Shown here piece by piece: positions 62,435 through 64,000 of a DNA stretch of 64,000 nt. The DNA is from Lepidodermella squamata (taxonomy: Eukaryota > Animalia > Gastrotricha): the NCBI GenBank assembly GCA_047495785.1, contig JBLDXI010000010.1:558001-622000 (forward strand). Reading direction: 5' to 3'. The notes under the pieces were generated by a model, which was given only the letters and a program-made list of their open reading frames with translations, had not been told where the DNA came from and did not search any database. The stretch's first letter is position 1, and each line of letters opens with the position of its first letter. The position numbers and the translations under genes were made by a program.

Positions 62435-63746
62435 ATGATAGTTCATTCTATAATTTTTATAGTTCTGAATAATATTCTCCTAAGCGGGGCAACGAAACTT
62501 GTTATCGATTCCAATGACGACCCAAACCTTGCTGGAAGTCGTGACCTCGTACTTCGCGAGCGATTTTTTCGACTATGCCCTATTGCGAAGGCGATCAACT
62601 TGCCATCAGCCTGGCATTTAGAGACTGGAAATCACAGTTCTCCTATCATGACAAATCTGACGTCACTCATTATGCAAGTAAGCGTGATCAGCGATGTGGA
62701 TATGAGGTAATCAAATTATTTATTAAATTCCTAAAAATCGGCAATTCAAACTTGTGTTCTGCAAGCATGACAGTGGCTATGAACCTGGCGATGTTTTGGA
62801 ACATGCCTTGTCAGCCTAACATTAAATCTGAACTGTTGCCCGGATACGAGAATCTCACTCAGTCCATTTTGGATCGCTTGCAATTTCCAATACCATCAGA
62901 TTCGGTTTGGTGGCCTGATATGCAGCACATAAATGCTGTCGGGGATGTGTCAAGGCCGTTGAGAGAGTAAATCCTTAGAATACTTCTTTGGTTAATCTAA
63001 TTTTTAATTTCAGTGAACAATATATCCGAGTGCGCCCGTTCCATAGGAATGGACATCGCTTCGTTATCAGCTGCATTCGATCATTCACCTCTCTCTGCTA
63101 TGGCTTTAGCTTCACAAAGTTTCCATTCGATCAGGCGACGTGCACATTCGAATTCGAACACGAGAATCGTGCGAATGAGGCATCTATCGCCATCGAAAGG
63201 GTTGGAATAAATGACGACTACACGCCAGTTCGTGATGACGACATTTGGGTATTCGTCTCCTACAATGGTTCAGTTGTCAGCAAAGGGGGATTCGATCACG
63301 CCACCTGTACCTTGGTACTGAAGCGGAAGTATCAATATTACGTCGCAAATGTCTTCATTCCATCCATCACGCTATTTCTCATCCAGATAATAGCGTTGGT
63401 CATGGATCCTGGACATCCTGACCGGCCGACGTTTTGTGTAACAGTCAATCTATCGCTTGCAGTAACCCTGACTGTGGTTTTTACGTTGATACCTCGAACA
63501 TCCCAGGAAGTCTACTTAATCAACATATTGGTCGTTTTCATGATGATTTGCGTCGTTCTGACTGTGTACACATTGATTACGAACTATATTGAAAGCATGA
63601 AATTCGCCAAAACCTTATTTTTCGTACGTGCTAATGGCAAAGGCGGAGTTCGATTCATTCGGCTTTGTGACCTTGGGGTGTCTATCTTAGCGTTTTGGTT
63701 CGGAATCGGAGCGCTACTCTACTACGGAGCAAAGATGGTTGCTTGA
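62435..63746 (+). CDS. Cys-loop ligand-gated ion channel subunit 3, 3 exons
   Basis: Tandem paralogue of 57094 and 59297 with the same introns and motifs. Confidence 0.88.
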
Positions 63747-64000
63747 AAATGCTGTTATATTAATGTCTTCGTATTCCGGACTTGATTCAATTCCTAATAA
63801 AAGATGGTCTCCTGCAGTTATCCTGGTTATTTTTTGCTAACATCTGGTATAATATTTTCAAAAATCCATAAATATAAGAATTTTGCGAAGAATTAGTAAT
63901 ATAATACGGGCGAATTTCAATAATTAATTCCAACCGATTAATTCTCGCACCCATCAACTAGAACCTCGAGCATCCCGATTTCATACCGGATCGTGGTATT

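Noticed and set aside
1-64000. tRNA, rRNA or snRNA genes
   Set aside because: None recognised by eye; tRNAscan-SE or Infernal would be needed to exclude them.

Overview
Gene-dense eukaryotic (animal-like) DNA with very short GT-AG introns (mostly about 45-65 nt, often with TTTCAG-type acceptors), so most genes span several ORFs of the supplied track. The species cannot be identified from the sequence. The window is dominated by local tandem paralogue clusters: 2 small secreted peptide genes, 2 hydroxylysine-kinase-like genes, 2 essentially single-exon GH31 alpha-glucosidases, 3 GABA-B-like class C GPCRs (one a pseudogene), 2 CNDP2-like M20 dipeptidases, 4 divergent nuclear receptors next to a clan-2 CYP, and 3 intact plus 1 frameshifted Cys-loop channel subunits. 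It also holds an astacin-EGF-CUB-kringle gene that has lost its zinc ligands, an atypical class A GPCR, and several non-autonomous DNA transposons, some nested, with readable TIRs and TSDs. The strongest novelty candidate is a spliced gene (32302-34561, minus strand) fusing a Ser/Thr kinase to an AIG1/GIMAP-type GTPase and a His/Cys-rich putative zinc module; it lies tail-to-tail with a second GTPase, between two members of the GPCR array. Next is a nuclear-receptor family whose second zinc finger has a loop of 18-23 aa instead of the usual 9. All gene models were spliced by hand and no database searches were run.
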